IMG/VR virus record: IMGVR_UViG_3300045976_000096
Coordinates: 32,001 to 96,000 of that record
Direction: 5' to 3' (one strand)
Source of the DNA: a virus
Length of the DNA stretch: 64,000 nt
The first letter of the stretch is position 1; every line of letters begins with the position of its first letter. A program made the translations under genes and the position numbers. Positions 20,707 through 30,467 of the stretch are shown here, in pieces. A model generated the notes under the pieces. It was not told the origin of the DNA. It made no database searches and saw only the letters and a program-made list of their open reading frames with translations.

Positions 20707-20730
20707 TTTTATTTAACCAAGGAGGAAAAC

Positions 20731-20973
20731 ATGAGCATCAGCAAAGACTTGAGCGTTGCCGTATTTGGCCGCGCCGGCACCGGCAAGAGCACGGTCGCCA
20801 TCATCATCGCCGACGCCCTGAAGGCGGCCGGCATCAACGTTACCGTGCGCGACGAGGACACGCATCCCGAGGCGCTGGTGAACAATCAGGAATCGCGCCT
20901 GACGGTGTTGAAGGACCGCCTGAACGGCGACACCGTCGAAATCATGCAGGTTCAGCTGCCGCGGAGGACTTGA
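20731..20973 (+). CDS. 80-aa protein with an isolated P-loop
   Basis: GRAGTGKST; strong RBS. Confidence 0.55.
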   Translation: MSISKDLSVAVFGRAGTGKSTVAIIIADALKAAGINVTVRDEDTHPEALVNNQESRLTVLKDRLNGDTVEIMQVQLPRRT

Positions 20974-20974
20974 C

Positions 20975-21586
20975 ATGCCGACCGGATACACGCACGCGCT
21001 GACCGAGCGCGACCTGAGCTTCCAGGAATACGCACTGACCTGCGCGCGCGCCTTTGGCGCCTTCGTTCATATGCGCGACGAGCCGCTCGGCGCGCCGCTG
21101 CGCCCAGACACCGTCACGTCATACTACGACGACAAGCTGACCGAAGCCAAAGCCGACCTGGACAAGTTCCAGCACATGTCGCTGGAAGATGCGCGCGTCC
21201 TGTACAACGCCGAACGTGCCGAACGGCGCACGCGTGCCGAGCAGCGCATCGAGGAAATGAAGGTGATCGAGGCGCGCTATCGCGCGCTCAAGGAAAAGAT
21301 CGACGCCTGGGCGCCGCCGACACCGGAACACCAGAGCCTCAAGCGCTTCATGCTGGAGCAGTTGATGGTATCGGCCAGCGATTACGACTCGTCCTATTAC
21401 GCGGAAGACGCCGCCCTGGCGCCGACCGTGACCGACGCCGAAGCGAGCGAATGGGTGCAGGAAAAGATCCGGGCCGCCATCAAGCAGATTGGCTACTGCA
21501 GCGACCAGCGTCGCAAGGAGCAGGAGCGCGTCGACCAGCGCAACGAATGGGCGCGCCAACTGCAGGAGTCGTTGAAAGATGGATAA
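20975..21586 (+). CDS. hypothetical phage protein (MPTGYT...CARAFGA)
   Basis: GGAGG RBS; coiled coil. Confidence 0.65.
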   Translation: MPTGYTHALTERDLSFQEYALTCARAFGAFVHMRDEPLGAPLRPDTVTSYYDDKLTEAKADLDKFQHMSLEDARVLYNAERAERRTRAEQRIEEMKVIEARYRALKEKIDAWAPPTPEHQSLKRFMLEQLMVSASDYDSSYYAEDAALAPTVTDAEASEWVQEKIRAAIKQIGYCSDQRRKEQERVDQRNEWARQLQESLKDG

Positions 21587-22130
21587 AAAGGTTGAGCTGA
21601 AGGATTTCGTCGGCAAGGAGTTCGACCTGACGGCGGTCTCCACCGCCGAGGTCGTCGCCAACGATAAATATGGCGACTTCGCAAACGCCAGCACCATCAC
21701 CTTCACGCTCGATGGCGTGACGTATCAGGCGGTGGAAGACCCGAGCGACGGCTACCGGTCCTCGCTTCGGGAAATCTTCATCTGCGACACGGAACCGGCA
21801 AACCGGTTTCCAGCCCAGCGCGTGAAGGCGACGTGGAAGGAGCCGGGTTCTTACGACAACGACACGGTCGAATTCCGTTCGGTCGCCTCGGACCTGATCG
21901 TGATGGAAGTCGGCACCGACCATGTGAATGACTATTATCCATGCTTCGTCAGCAATTTCGAGCCGAAGAACATGGACATCAACCGCACGGACGACATCCG
22001 GCAGAAGATCGCGATGGAGGAAGCCAAGCGACTCGAGGACGAACGGCATGCCCAAGATGTGCGGGACAAGCTGAACGCCAAAGCAAAGCTGGACGCGCAG
22101 CGCGACGACGCAGGCTGGGGCACCTTTTGA
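21579..22130 (+). CDS. hypothetical protein with C-terminal WGTF
   Basis: EDPSDGYRS and VGTD..DYYP motifs. Confidence 0.65.
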   Translation: MDKKVELKDFVGKEFDLTAVSTAEVVANDKYGDFANASTITFTLDGVTYQAVEDPSDGYRSSLREIFICDTEPANRFPAQRVKATWKEPGSYDNDTVEFRSVASDLIVMEVGTDHVNDYYPCFVSNFEPKNMDINRTDDIRQKIAMEEAKRLEDERHAQDVRDKLNAKAKLDAQRDDAGWGTF

Positions 22131-22210
22131 CTTATCAGCCGGGCTGAACGCCCGGTTTTTGCTCTATAATGTGTAAGTCAGCAATGACTTTTAATATAAA
22201 CGAGGACAAC

Positions 22211-22744
22211 ATGACGCGAACCATCCCGCAACTCGGCCATATCGTGCGCGACGCCACGACCGGCTTTACCGGCACTGCCACCCAGTACATCGAAATGCTG
22301 TCCGGCACCGTGCAGCTGGCGGTGCAGCCGATGCTGCCCGAAGGCTCCACCCACACCGGCGACGCGCTGGCGATTCCGACCGCGCTCTCCATCGACCTGC
22401 CGCAGCTGGACTACGTCAGCGCCGGCATCGCCAGCCGCGTGATCGCGCCGGCGCCGCAGACCATCAGGCTGGGCGAGGAAGTCGAGGACATCGTGACGGG
22501 CCTGCGCGGCATCACCGTGCAGCGCTCGACCTTCATCAACGGCTGCGTCTACTACAACGTGCAGCCGAAGCAGACCGCCAAGCAGAAGGAAGAAGGCACG
22601 TTCAGCGATACCGGCTTCGTCGCGGCGCAGCGCCTGGAAGTCGTCGGCGACGGCGTGGCGGCCAAGATGGCGCCGGCAACCGCGGCCCCGGCCGCCAAGC
22701 GCCCCGGCGGCCCGACCACCCGCGCACAGCGTCCGGGCTGCTGA
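22211..22744 (+). CDS. hypothetical protein with a duplicated SH3-like repeat
   Basis: Two LG..V.D..TG..G repeats. Confidence 0.65.
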   Translation: MTRTIPQLGHIVRDATTGFTGTATQYIEMLSGTVQLAVQPMLPEGSTHTGDALAIPTALSIDLPQLDYVSAGIASRVIAPAPQTIRLGEEVEDIVTGLRGITVQRSTFINGCVYYNVQPKQTAKQKEEGTFSDTGFVAAQRLEVVGDGVAAKMAPATAAPAAKRPGGPTTRAQRPGC

Positions 22745-23094
22745 TGAAGACCCTGCACATTCCGCCGCTCGGCACCGAACTGACCCTGGCGGCCGACTGG
22801 ACCTTCACCCTGTACGACGAGCACCGCAACAGCGCCTTGTTCGCCGGCTTGAAGCTCAAGTTTCCGGTCGACGCCAGGGGTCATCGCCAGTGCTGGGGCG
22901 CCAACATGCTCAGCGTGCCGGCGACGCTCCCGGCCGGCACCGTGCTGACCGTGCGCCGCTACTACATCCGGCTGGGCCAGGGCGCGTTCGACAGCGTCAC
23001 CTTCTCGGCCCGGATCGGCAAGAAGTCGCACCGCTTCTGGGTCAAGCTGGCGGACGCGAACCGCATCCAGCTGGCCGACGAGGAGGCGGCATGA
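22744..23094 (+). CDS. hypothetical protein
   Basis: TGATG overlap. Confidence 0.6.
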   Translation: MKTLHIPPLGTELTLAADWTFTLYDEHRNSALFAGLKLKFPVDARGHRQCWGANMLSVPATLPAGTVLTVRRYYIRLGQGAFDSVTFSARIGKKSHRFWVKLADANRIQLADEEAA

Positions 23095-23345
23095 TCCGCG
23101 GTGCCTGGGAAGGCTTCAAGGCCGGTGTGCGCTGGTGCGTCACCACCTGGCCGTTCGGCTACCTGTGCGACTTCGAGTGGGGCCATCAGGGCCGCATCCG
23201 GGTCACGAAGGACTTGTGGGTGATCGTCGGCGACAAGGGCGGCGGCACCGACGCGCTGCCGATCACCTTCTGCTCGCCGCAGCTGATCGCCCGCGTCGAG
23301 GAAGAACTGACGGGCCGCTGGTACGCGCCAACGACCAAGAACTGA
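23091..23345 (+). CDS. hypothetical protein
   Basis: ATGA overlap, GGAGG RBS. Confidence 0.5.
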   Translation: MIRGAWEGFKAGVRWCVTTWPFGYLCDFEWGHQGRIRVTKDLWVIVGDKGGGTDALPITFCSPQLIARVEEELTGRWYAPTTKN

Positions 23346-23431
23346 ATCCGCGCACGCTCCAGATATGGGCGTGCATAATACCACCATGACAACAACGTCA
23401 TGACTGACTTACTTAACCACATGGAGAAAAT

Positions 23432-24580
23432 ATGTCCGAAACCATTCTGCAATCGAAGGCGGTGTTCTTCCGCGACGGCAACGACTTCACGATCGGCGAC
23501 CGCGAGAACCTGCAAATGTCCGACACGCTGCCGGTCGGCACCTACCGCCTGGATGCGGACATGCAGCGCGGCCTGTTCCTGACCAAGATCGAGAACATGA
23601 CGACGCCGGCCAAGCTGTACGGTCACACCCGCGAGCAGGCCGAGCGCATCCTGGCCACGTTCAAGGATCGCCCGTACACCACCGGCGCCCTGCTGTCGGG
23701 CACCGCCGGCTCGGGCAAGACCATGCTGTCCATGCTGATTTCGCAGATGGGCCTGCAGCAGGACTACATCACCATCGTGGTCAACCAGCGCCTGGTCGGC
23801 GAACAAGTGAATGCCTTCCTGACCCAGATCAAGCAGCCGGCGATCATCCTGTTCGACGAGTTCGAGAAGATTTTCGACGCCGAAAGCCAGAACAAACTGC
23901 TGACGCTGCTGGACGGCTCGTTCAAGTCCAAGAAGCTGTACATCCTGACCGTGAACGACACGACCAAGGTCAACCGCTACATGACCAACCGGCCCGGTCG
24001 CCTGTTCTACGCGCTGGAATTCCGCGGTCTGGACAAGGACTTCATCAAGGAGTACTGCGACGACAAGCTGATCAACAAGGCCAACACGCTCGGCGTGATC
24101 ATGGCGTCGCAATTCTTCTGGGAATTCTCCTTCGACATGCTGCAGGCGCTCGTCGAGGAAATGAACCGCTACAACGAGAACGCCACCCAGGCCATGAAGA
24201 TGCTGAACATGCGCCCGCTGAACTCGTCCTCGGGCACGTACGAAGTCCACCTGTACCACAATGGCAAGGAACTGAATGTGCGCAAGGGCCACGACACGAC
24301 CATTGACGGCACGCCGATGGCCAAAGCGGAGCAGGAATACCAGCTGGACCTGTACCCGCCTGTCTACCGCGACAAGGACGGCAGCGCCGACTACTCCGGC
24401 AAGCAGGTCAAGGAAAACGACCTCAAGGAGCACATGTCCATCGTGATCGACAACGACAAGATGATCAAATACGACATGGACAAGGACGTGTTCATCTACA
24501 ACACCGAGCACGACGGCTATCAGGTCCACTTCAAGCGCGTGAAGGCCCGCTCCACCTACTACAACTACGACGCCCTCTAA
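23432..24580 (+). CDS. AAA+ ATPase
   Basis: GTAGSGKT, ILFDEFEK, LLDG, NRPGR arginine finger. Confidence 0.9.
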   Translation: MSETILQSKAVFFRDGNDFTIGDRENLQMSDTLPVGTYRLDADMQRGLFLTKIENMTTPAKLYGHTREQAERILATFKDRPYTTGALLSGTAGSGKTMLSMLISQMGLQQDYITIVVNQRLVGEQVNAFLTQIKQPAIILFDEFEKIFDAESQNKLLTLLDGSFKSKKLYILTVNDTTKVNRYMTNRPGRLFYALEFRGLDKDFIKEYCDDKLINKANTLGVIMASQFFWEFSFDMLQALVEEMNRYNENATQAMKMLNMRPLNSSSGTYEVHLYHNGKELNVRKGHDTTIDGTPMAKAEQEYQLDLYPPVYRDKDGSADYSGKQVKENDLKEHMSIVIDNDKMIKYDMDKDVFIYNTEHDGYQVHFKRVKARSTYYNYDAL

Positions 24581-24636
24581 CAACCCGCAAGGGCCGGCCC
24601 ACGCCGGCCCACCCTCAACCTCAACTAGGAACCACG

Positions 24637-24951
24637 ATGTCCGACAATACCGTCACCGAAAAAGCCGAGACCTACAACCCGAATCACCTGCTGGACGTCC
24701 TGCTGGCCAAGATGCAGCTGAAAAACGACGCCGCGCTGTCGCGCATGCTGGAAGTGGCGCCGCCGGTGATCAGCAAGATTCGCCACAACAAGCTGCCAGT
24801 CGGCGCCAGCCTGCTGCTGCGCATGCACGAAGTCACCGGCATTTCCGTGCGCGACCTGCGCGACCTGATGGGCGACCGCCGCCAGAAGTACCGCCTGTCC
24901 GACGCGCAGGGCAAGCCGAAGACCACCGAATCCACCACCAACCAGGAGTAA
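24637..24951 (+). CDS. XRE-like HTH DNA-binding protein of a host-like family
   Basis: LKNDAALSRMLEVAPPVISKIRH helix-turn-helix. Confidence 0.75.
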   Translation: MSDNTVTEKAETYNPNHLLDVLLAKMQLKNDAALSRMLEVAPPVISKIRHNKLPVGASLLLRMHEVTGISVRDLRDLMGDRRQKYRLSDAQGKPKTTESTTNQE

Positions 24952-24954
24952 TCC

Positions 24955-25362
24955 ATGAGCAAAGTCATCATGTACAAGGCGAACGACGGTTCGCTGCACG
25001 AAACCCAGAAGGCGTGCGACGCCAAGAACATCGAACTGCGCACCGCGCCGCTGGTCGAGGAATTCGTCAACAGCCTGACCGCCGGCTCTGTCGGCGTAAC
25101 CGCCGACAGCGGTCATGTCTACATCGACCTTGCCAACCTGCCGGACTTCCTGGTCGCGCATGCCGATGTTCTGCGCGCGCTGCTGAACCGCGCCGTGCAG
25201 CCGGCGGGTCGCCCGCGCAAGCCGCGTGATCCGAACACGCCGAAGGCGCAGCGCAAACCGCGCGCCAAGAAGACCGATGCGCCGCCGGCCCCGGTCGATA
25301 CGCCCGCACCCGCCGGCGGCATCGACGACGTCCTCAAGGATCTGGGCGGCGATGCGGCCTAG
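24955..25362 (+). CDS. hypothetical protein with a basic Pro-rich tail
   Basis: AGGAG RBS. Confidence 0.6.
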   Translation: MSKVIMYKANDGSLHETQKACDAKNIELRTAPLVEEFVNSLTAGSVGVTADSGHVYIDLANLPDFLVAHADVLRALLNRAVQPAGRPRKPRDPNTPKAQRKPRAKKTDAPPAPVDTPAPAGGIDDVLKDLGGDAA

Positions 25363-25598
25363 TGACGGCGGCAAGGGCGACGACCGTCGTCCCGAGGACA
25401 ATGAGCGCTATCGGCAGAACCACGACCGGGTCGACTGGTCGAAGAAGGTGCCGCCAGCGCCACCCAAGCCCCAGGCGTGCTCCCGCTGGCCATTCGATGT
25501 CCGCAGGATCGACGAATAGCCGGTCCCGCATCCTGACATAGCTTGGTATCATGTGCGTCAGTCAGCAATGACCGACGCACTTTTCATTTGAGGACAAC

Positions 25599-25886
25599 AT
25601 GGAAGACAAAAGTAAATCACCAATTAAATCCGGGTGGCGCGGCGACCTGAATGGCTATGTTGAAAATTGCGACAATACGCATGTTGCGGTGTCGGAGATT
25701 ACGCTGAAACTGGATGGCGGCACCGCCTGGGCATTGTGCAATCTGCTGACCGATAGCCAGGTCGAAAACCACCCAATGCTGGAAAAGCACCAGCGTGAAA
25801 AGATGTCCACTCTTGGCGCCGCGCTGGGTCGCTTGATCGACCACGGCGCCGCAAACAACGGCAAACGCGAGGTTATCAAACCATGA
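25599..25886 (+). CDS. hypothetical protein
   Basis: GAGGA RBS after a promoter/operator. Confidence 0.55.
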   Translation: MEDKSKSPIKSGWRGDLNGYVENCDNTHVAVSEITLKLDGGTAWALCNLLTDSQVENHPMLEKHQREKMSTLGAALGRLIDHGAANNGKREVIKP

Positions 25887-26446
25887 CCTTCCTGATCAAC
25901 GGCATCGATACCGAAACCACCGGCGTCGACCAGCCCAAAGGCGACCGCATCATCGAGGTCGCGATCCTGACCTTCGATTTCGCCACTCGCAAGATGGTGG
26001 ACCGCTACGTGCAGCGGATTGACCCCGAGCGTCCCATCGCCGCGGCCGCCCAGGCGGTACACGGCATTTCCTACAGCGACCTCGTCGGCCAGCCGAAATG
26101 GGAAGACGTGGCGCCCGAGGTTGGTCGCCGGCTGGACGCGGCGCCGCTGGCGATCGCGCACAACATGGATTTCGACGGCCCCTTCATCGCCGGCGAAATG
26201 GTGCGCGTGGGCCTGCCGCCGCCGAATCCGGTCGCCTTCTGCACCATGCGGAACGGGCGCTGGGCGACGTTCGACGGGAAAAGCCCGAAGCTGCAGGAAT
26301 TGGCGTTCAGTCTTGGCGTCAATTATGATCCGAAGCTCGCACACGCCGCCGAGTATGATGTTGCAATTATGATGGCGTGCTTCTTCCGCGCATACGATCG
26401 TGGCTTTTTCAAGCTGCCGGAATCCCTTCTGGCGAAAGCAGCATGA
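25883..26446 (+). CDS. DEDDh 3'-5' exonuclease (DnaQ/epsilon-like)
   Basis: IDTETTG, VHGI, AHNMDFD, AHAAEYD. Confidence 0.92.
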   Translation: MTFLINGIDTETTGVDQPKGDRIIEVAILTFDFATRKMVDRYVQRIDPERPIAAAAQAVHGISYSDLVGQPKWEDVAPEVGRRLDAAPLAIAHNMDFDGPFIAGEMVRVGLPPPNPVAFCTMRNGRWATFDGKSPKLQELAFSLGVNYDPKLAHAAEYDVAIMMACFFRAYDRGFFKLPESLLAKAA

Positions 26447-27201
26447 TCCCGGCGCAGCCTGGCATTTATGCCATCGTGAACCTGACCAACGGCCGGCACT
26501 ATGTCGGCAGCGCCATCAACATCAGAAAACGCAAGGCTGTCCACCTATGCGAGCTACGTAAGGGTAAGCACGATAACTCCAAACTGCAGCGCGCTTTCAA
26601 CAAGTACGGCGAAGCCGAATTCAGGTTCGATGTGTTGGAGCTGGTAGCGGACACCACGCTGCTGATCGAGCGCGAGCAGTTCTGGATGGATTCAACCAGG
26701 CCCTTCTACAATATCCTGCGCGTCGCCGGCAGCTCGCTTGGTCGAAAGGCGACCGACGAAACCAAGGCGAAGATCGCGGCTAAAGCCCGTGGCAGGAAGT
26801 GCAATTTCACTGCCGAACATCGAGCGAACATCAGTAGGGCGACCAAGGGCAAGCGTCACGGACCACTGTCGGAAGCGCACCGGGCGCAGATCAGCGAGGT
26901 CCAAAAAGCCCGCTGGACCGATGAAGAACGACAGCGGTATGGCGAGCGCGCAGCGACGCTATTTCTCGGCAAGGAGCACACCGAGGAGACCAAGCAGGCG
27001 CTGCGTGACGTCAAGGCGGTCTACGACTACCTGATTACGGCGCCGGATGGCACCGAGCACCGGACCAACAGCATGACGAAGTTCTGCGCCGACCATCCCG
27101 AACTGCATGCCTGCGCCATGATGCGGGTCGCGCACGGCAAGCAGAAGGCGCACAAGGGATGGACGGTCATAGCCACGCACAAGCCTGGCACCGTCGCGTA
27201 A
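26443..27201 (+). mobile_element. free-standing GIY-YIG homing endonuclease with NUMOD3 repeats
   Basis: GIYAI...YVGSA, R...H, EREQ, YN, H(T/S)EETK repeats. Confidence 0.9.
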
Positions 27202-27234
27202 GATGGTGTCAGTTACACAACAGGGAGAAAGAGC

Positions 27235-27399
27235 ATGACGAGAAAGCCAAAGCTGACCGGCTGGAAGGACGATCGAGCGCGCACTGACGACGCCGGTCGA
27301 AACGAAGAAAAGGAAGAAAACATGAAGATGACTGAATGCTTCTGGCGCGGCCTGGATCGTGGCTTCTATCAGCTGCCGGAATCAAGGAGGGCAGCATGA
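27235..27399 (+). pseudogene. chimeric remnant ORF
   Basis: N-terminus MTRKPKLTGWKDD matches the gene at 27670; C-terminus CFWRGLDRGFYQLPES..AA matches the end of the exonuclease. Confidence 0.6.
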
Positions 27400-27593
27400 T
27401 CGAAGCGCCGGTACTCAAAACGGCCAACGATTTCGACCACGCTGTTCTGGTCTGGGACGCGATGACCGACGTCGTCGGCGATGACGAAAGTCACCCGCTG
27501 TTTCCGATGATGATCCTGCTGATGGAAAGTATCGGCGCATGGGAAAAGGCAGACCCGGAAGTGCAGACTTTCCTGAACAGCGAAGGCAAATGA
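27396..27593 (+). CDS. HigA antitoxin N-terminal-like protein without HTH
   Basis: KTANDFDHA...D.VGDDESHPL..MM.LL..SI.AWE pattern. Confidence 0.55.
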   Translation: MIEAPVLKTANDFDHAVLVWDAMTDVVGDDESHPLFPMMILLMESIGAWEKADPEVQTFLNSEGK

Positions 27594-27669
27594 TCGTCGC
27601 CAGCTGAATCATCCGAACGGGCGCCGCGTGCGCCCGTTCATACTTGAGACTCAACAAAGGGAGAAATAC

Positions 27670-27936
27670 ATGGCGCAACAACCAAAAATGACCGGCTGGA
27701 AGGACGATCCACCACCGATGGTGGGCGAATATAACGCCAGTACCTGCTACGACAGGGACGTGCTGCGCTGGTGGAATGGCCGCACTTGGTCATCGCCGTA
27801 CTGGCCGCACTGGGAAGATTGCCAGAAGCGCATTCGTCGTCGCATGGCGGCCCAGTCCAACATCAGCATCAAGTGGCGCGGCCTGGTCGAGAAGCCGGAC
27901 TATCCATTCCCGCCCGGTCCACTGGAGAAGCCGTGA
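27670..27936 (+). CDS. Trp-rich small protein, paralog 1
   Basis: P..VGEY...WWNGRTW...WRG. Confidence 0.6.
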   Translation: MAQQPKMTGWKDDPPPMVGEYNASTCYDRDVLRWWNGRTWSSPYWPHWEDCQKRIRRRMAAQSNISIKWRGLVEKPDYPFPPGPLEKP

Positions 27937-28181
27937 TGACGCGCACCACCGAAACACAATATTTCGACCCCGAAGTCAAGCCGGCCGTGGACGGCGTCTA
28001 CAAGGTCAAGCACGACATCTGGTGGGGTGGCACGCGGTTCTCGCTGTGGAAGAACAGCCAATGGCACTTTGCAAGCAGTTCGCCGGATATCGCCGAACGC
28101 GAGACAATGCGTAGCATCCTGCTGTACGAGCGCGGCTTCGAGGGCTGGTGCGGCGTGATCGAGAAGCCGGAGTGGGCATGA
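27936..28181 (+). CDS. Trp-rich small protein, paralog 2
   Basis: P..DGVY...WKNSQW...WCG. Confidence 0.6.
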   Translation: MTRTTETQYFDPEVKPAVDGVYKVKHDIWWGGTRFSLWKNSQWHFASSSPDIAERETMRSILLYERGFEGWCGVIEKPEWA

Positions 28182-28402
28182 GCGAGTGGGCGGTCAGCGG
28201 CACGCCGGCGATCGGCGTACACGAAACGGCGGTGGCCTACAGCGACGTCATCAAGCCCCGGCGCAAGCGCTACCAGCACTGGAACGGCCGCTTCTGGGGC
28301 GCCATCGGCACCACCCCGGAACAGGCTCGCGCATACCGCGACGAGCCAACCCAATATCTGCCCGCGTACTGGCGGGCCATCGAGGAGGAAGTATTCGCAT
28401 GA
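28178..28402 (+). CDS. Trp-rich small protein, paralog 3
   Basis: P.IGVH...HWNGRFW...WRA. Confidence 0.6.
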   Translation: MSEWAVSGTPAIGVHETAVAYSDVIKPRRKRYQHWNGRFWGAIGTTPEQARAYRDEPTQYLPAYWRAIEEEVFA

Positions 28403-28749
28403 AACTGAACTGCAAAGTCGGCGACCTGGCCTACGTGAAGACGTCGAAGAAGACGCCGGAACTGGTCGGACGCGTCGTCGTGGTCGTGCGCGCGGCGAAC
28501 GAAACGGAAGAAATCTGCGGCATCAAGGGGCGCTTGCCGAACCGGCCCGGCGACCAGTGGTGGATCATTCGCTCGGCGGTCGATGGTGAAAGCCTGCCGG
28601 CCCACATGCCACATGTCGATGGCCCGATCATCAAGATCATGCTGCCGGAGCGCCCGGTGCTGGATAGCCAGCTGCGTCCGATCAGGGACGGCGAAGGTCC
28701 GGACGAAACGATGGTGTGGAAGCGCCGCGAAGACAAGGTGACGGCATGA
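28399..28749 (+). CDS. hypothetical phage protein
   Basis: LNCKVGDLA...DSQLRPIRD.EG.DETM pattern. Confidence 0.6.
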   Translation: MKLNCKVGDLAYVKTSKKTPELVGRVVVVVRAANETEEICGIKGRLPNRPGDQWWIIRSAVDGESLPAHMPHVDGPIIKIMLPERPVLDSQLRPIRDGEGPDETMVWKRREDKVTA

Positions 28750-29219
28750 GCGAGCGCGCCCCGATCTGCCCGTACTGTGGCCGGCCATCCAAGCTCGTCA
28801 CCGGCGCCGCCATCTACACGCCCTGCCCGCCCGACCTCCTGGCGCGCTACTTCTGGCGATGCGATCCGTGCGACGCCCACGTGGGCTGCCACCGCGCCAA
28901 CAACGGCATGCGCCAGACCTTCAACGACGGCAAGGTGCCGCTCGGGCGCCTGGCCAACCCCGAACTGCGCATGTGGAAGGGTAACGCGCATGCCGTGTTC
29001 GACGGTTACTGGCAACGCCGGCTCGACGCCGAGATTCGGTCGCGCGGCGGCCACGCGCCCAAGGGCATCAAGCAGCGCCACCGCACCGAAGCCTACAAGC
29101 GCCTGGCGCAAGACCTCAAGATCGAGCAGGACCAGTGCCACATCGGCATGTTCGATGTGGATATGTGCAAACGTGTGGTGCGCGTCGTGCGTGCCTGGAC
29201 AGGAGACAACCCGATATGA
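28746..29219 (+). CDS. zinc-finger protein (DUF3268-like)
   Basis: CPYC, C..CDAHVGCH, PLGRLAN, CHIGMFD. Confidence 0.8.
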   Translation: MSERAPICPYCGRPSKLVTGAAIYTPCPPDLLARYFWRCDPCDAHVGCHRANNGMRQTFNDGKVPLGRLANPELRMWKGNAHAVFDGYWQRRLDAEIRSRGGHAPKGIKQRHRTEAYKRLAQDLKIEQDQCHIGMFDVDMCKRVVRVVRAWTGDNPI

Positions 29220-29689
29220 AGATCGACCTTCCCAAACTGCCTGAACTGAACGGCGGCGGCTATTCCGCCGACGCCCTGGCCCGGATGCTGACCGACTACG
29301 CCGAGAAGGCGGTGCGGCTGGAGCGCGAAAGGCTGCTCGGCCCGGCGGTCGACGAGCCGGTCGACCTGACCCAGGCGAAGCGCCTGATCGTCCAGTTGCG
29401 CGGGCGGGTGGCCGACCTGAACGCCGCCCTGGCCGCGCCGATCAACCTGAACTCGCGCGCCAGCGTCACGCTGTCGGCCAATGGCGCCGAAGTGTTCAAC
29501 GCCTACTACGACCGCCTGTACGCGCTGATGCCGCCGGCGGCCCAGGAATACAAGCCGGCGCGCGCCGCAGCCGGCCATGTGCATGAGGACCAGTTGTGGA
29601 GCATCCTGCAGATTTTCGGGCCGAACATCATCATGGGCATGGCTTCGCCGTTCGATCCGAATGGCATCACGATCCTCAAGCGCGTGTAG
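29216..29689 (+). CDS. hypothetical protein
   Basis: ATGA overlap. Confidence 0.55.
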   Translation: MKIDLPKLPELNGGGYSADALARMLTDYAEKAVRLERERLLGPAVDEPVDLTQAKRLIVQLRGRVADLNAALAAPINLNSRASVTLSANGAEVFNAYYDRLYALMPPAAQEYKPARAAAGHVHEDQLWSILQIFGPNIIMGMASPFDPNGITILKRV

Positions 29690-29781
29690 GCGCGCTGCGC
29701 GGCGGGTGCGCGTTGGCCACACCAGCGCCGCATGCCCGCTGCGATAATGCATTCATCGACAACAACCCAAAAGGGAAAATC

Positions 29782-29994
29782 ATGCAGCAGACCACCCGCG
29801 CGGCCCAGCCCGCCACGCCCATCACCGACCCGAGCTTCGCTTACGTGTCGTCGGCGGCGACCGACATCACGGCGACCCTCAAGCGCTTCGGCTGGACCGA
29901 GCCGGATCGCGAACGCCAGCGCGCCACCAAGCGCCGCCTGAACCCGATTGACGAGACGGGCCTGGGCGAGCAGCTGGTCGACGCGCGCCTGTAA
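29782..29994 (+). CDS. hypothetical protein
   Basis: Follows a KCC-class promoter and RBS. Confidence 0.55.
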   Translation: MQQTTRAAQPATPITDPSFAYVSSAATDITATLKRFGWTEPDRERQRATKRRLNPIDETGLGEQLVDARL

Positions 29995-30020
29995 CGGTCA
30001 GTCACAACTGAGAGAGCAAC

Positions 30021-30467
30021 ATGGCAACAGTCTTATACCTGGACCACGACGGCAACCGGATCAGCCTTGAGCAGTACAAGGCGCATCAGGCCGACCCGAC
30101 CTACACGCAGGTACACGCCTACGACAACGGTCGTGTGCGCGCCGTCGTGACCTGGATCGGCCGCATCGTCGACCCCGGCTCGACCTTCCCGGACTACTAC
30201 AAGCTGTTCAAGGTGGAAGTCTGGAACTACACCGAGGGCGGCGAGCTGGCGAAAGATCCTGGCTATCCGAAATTCTTCCCGACCAGGGACAAGGCGGTCG
30301 AGGAATACAACTTCTTCGTCGCGCGCTGGAGCGAATCCGAGCTGGATGACGAGGGGCAGCTGATCGAGGCGGGCAACACCCTGACACCTCCGCCACCACC
30401 CAACCCGGACGCGCCAAGCTCGGCGCCGCCGGCCGACGACGACATTGCAGGAGTAGGAGCATGGTAA
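30021..30467 (+). CDS. hypothetical protein with C-terminal GVGAW
   Basis: Follows an operator site; Pro/acidic linker before the tail. Confidence 0.6.
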   Translation: MATVLYLDHDGNRISLEQYKAHQADPTYTQVHAYDNGRVRAVVTWIGRIVDPGSTFPDYYKLFKVEVWNYTEGGELAKDPGYPKFFPTRDKAVEEYNFFVARWSESELDDEGQLIEAGNTLTPPPPPNPDAPSSAPPADDDIAGVGAW

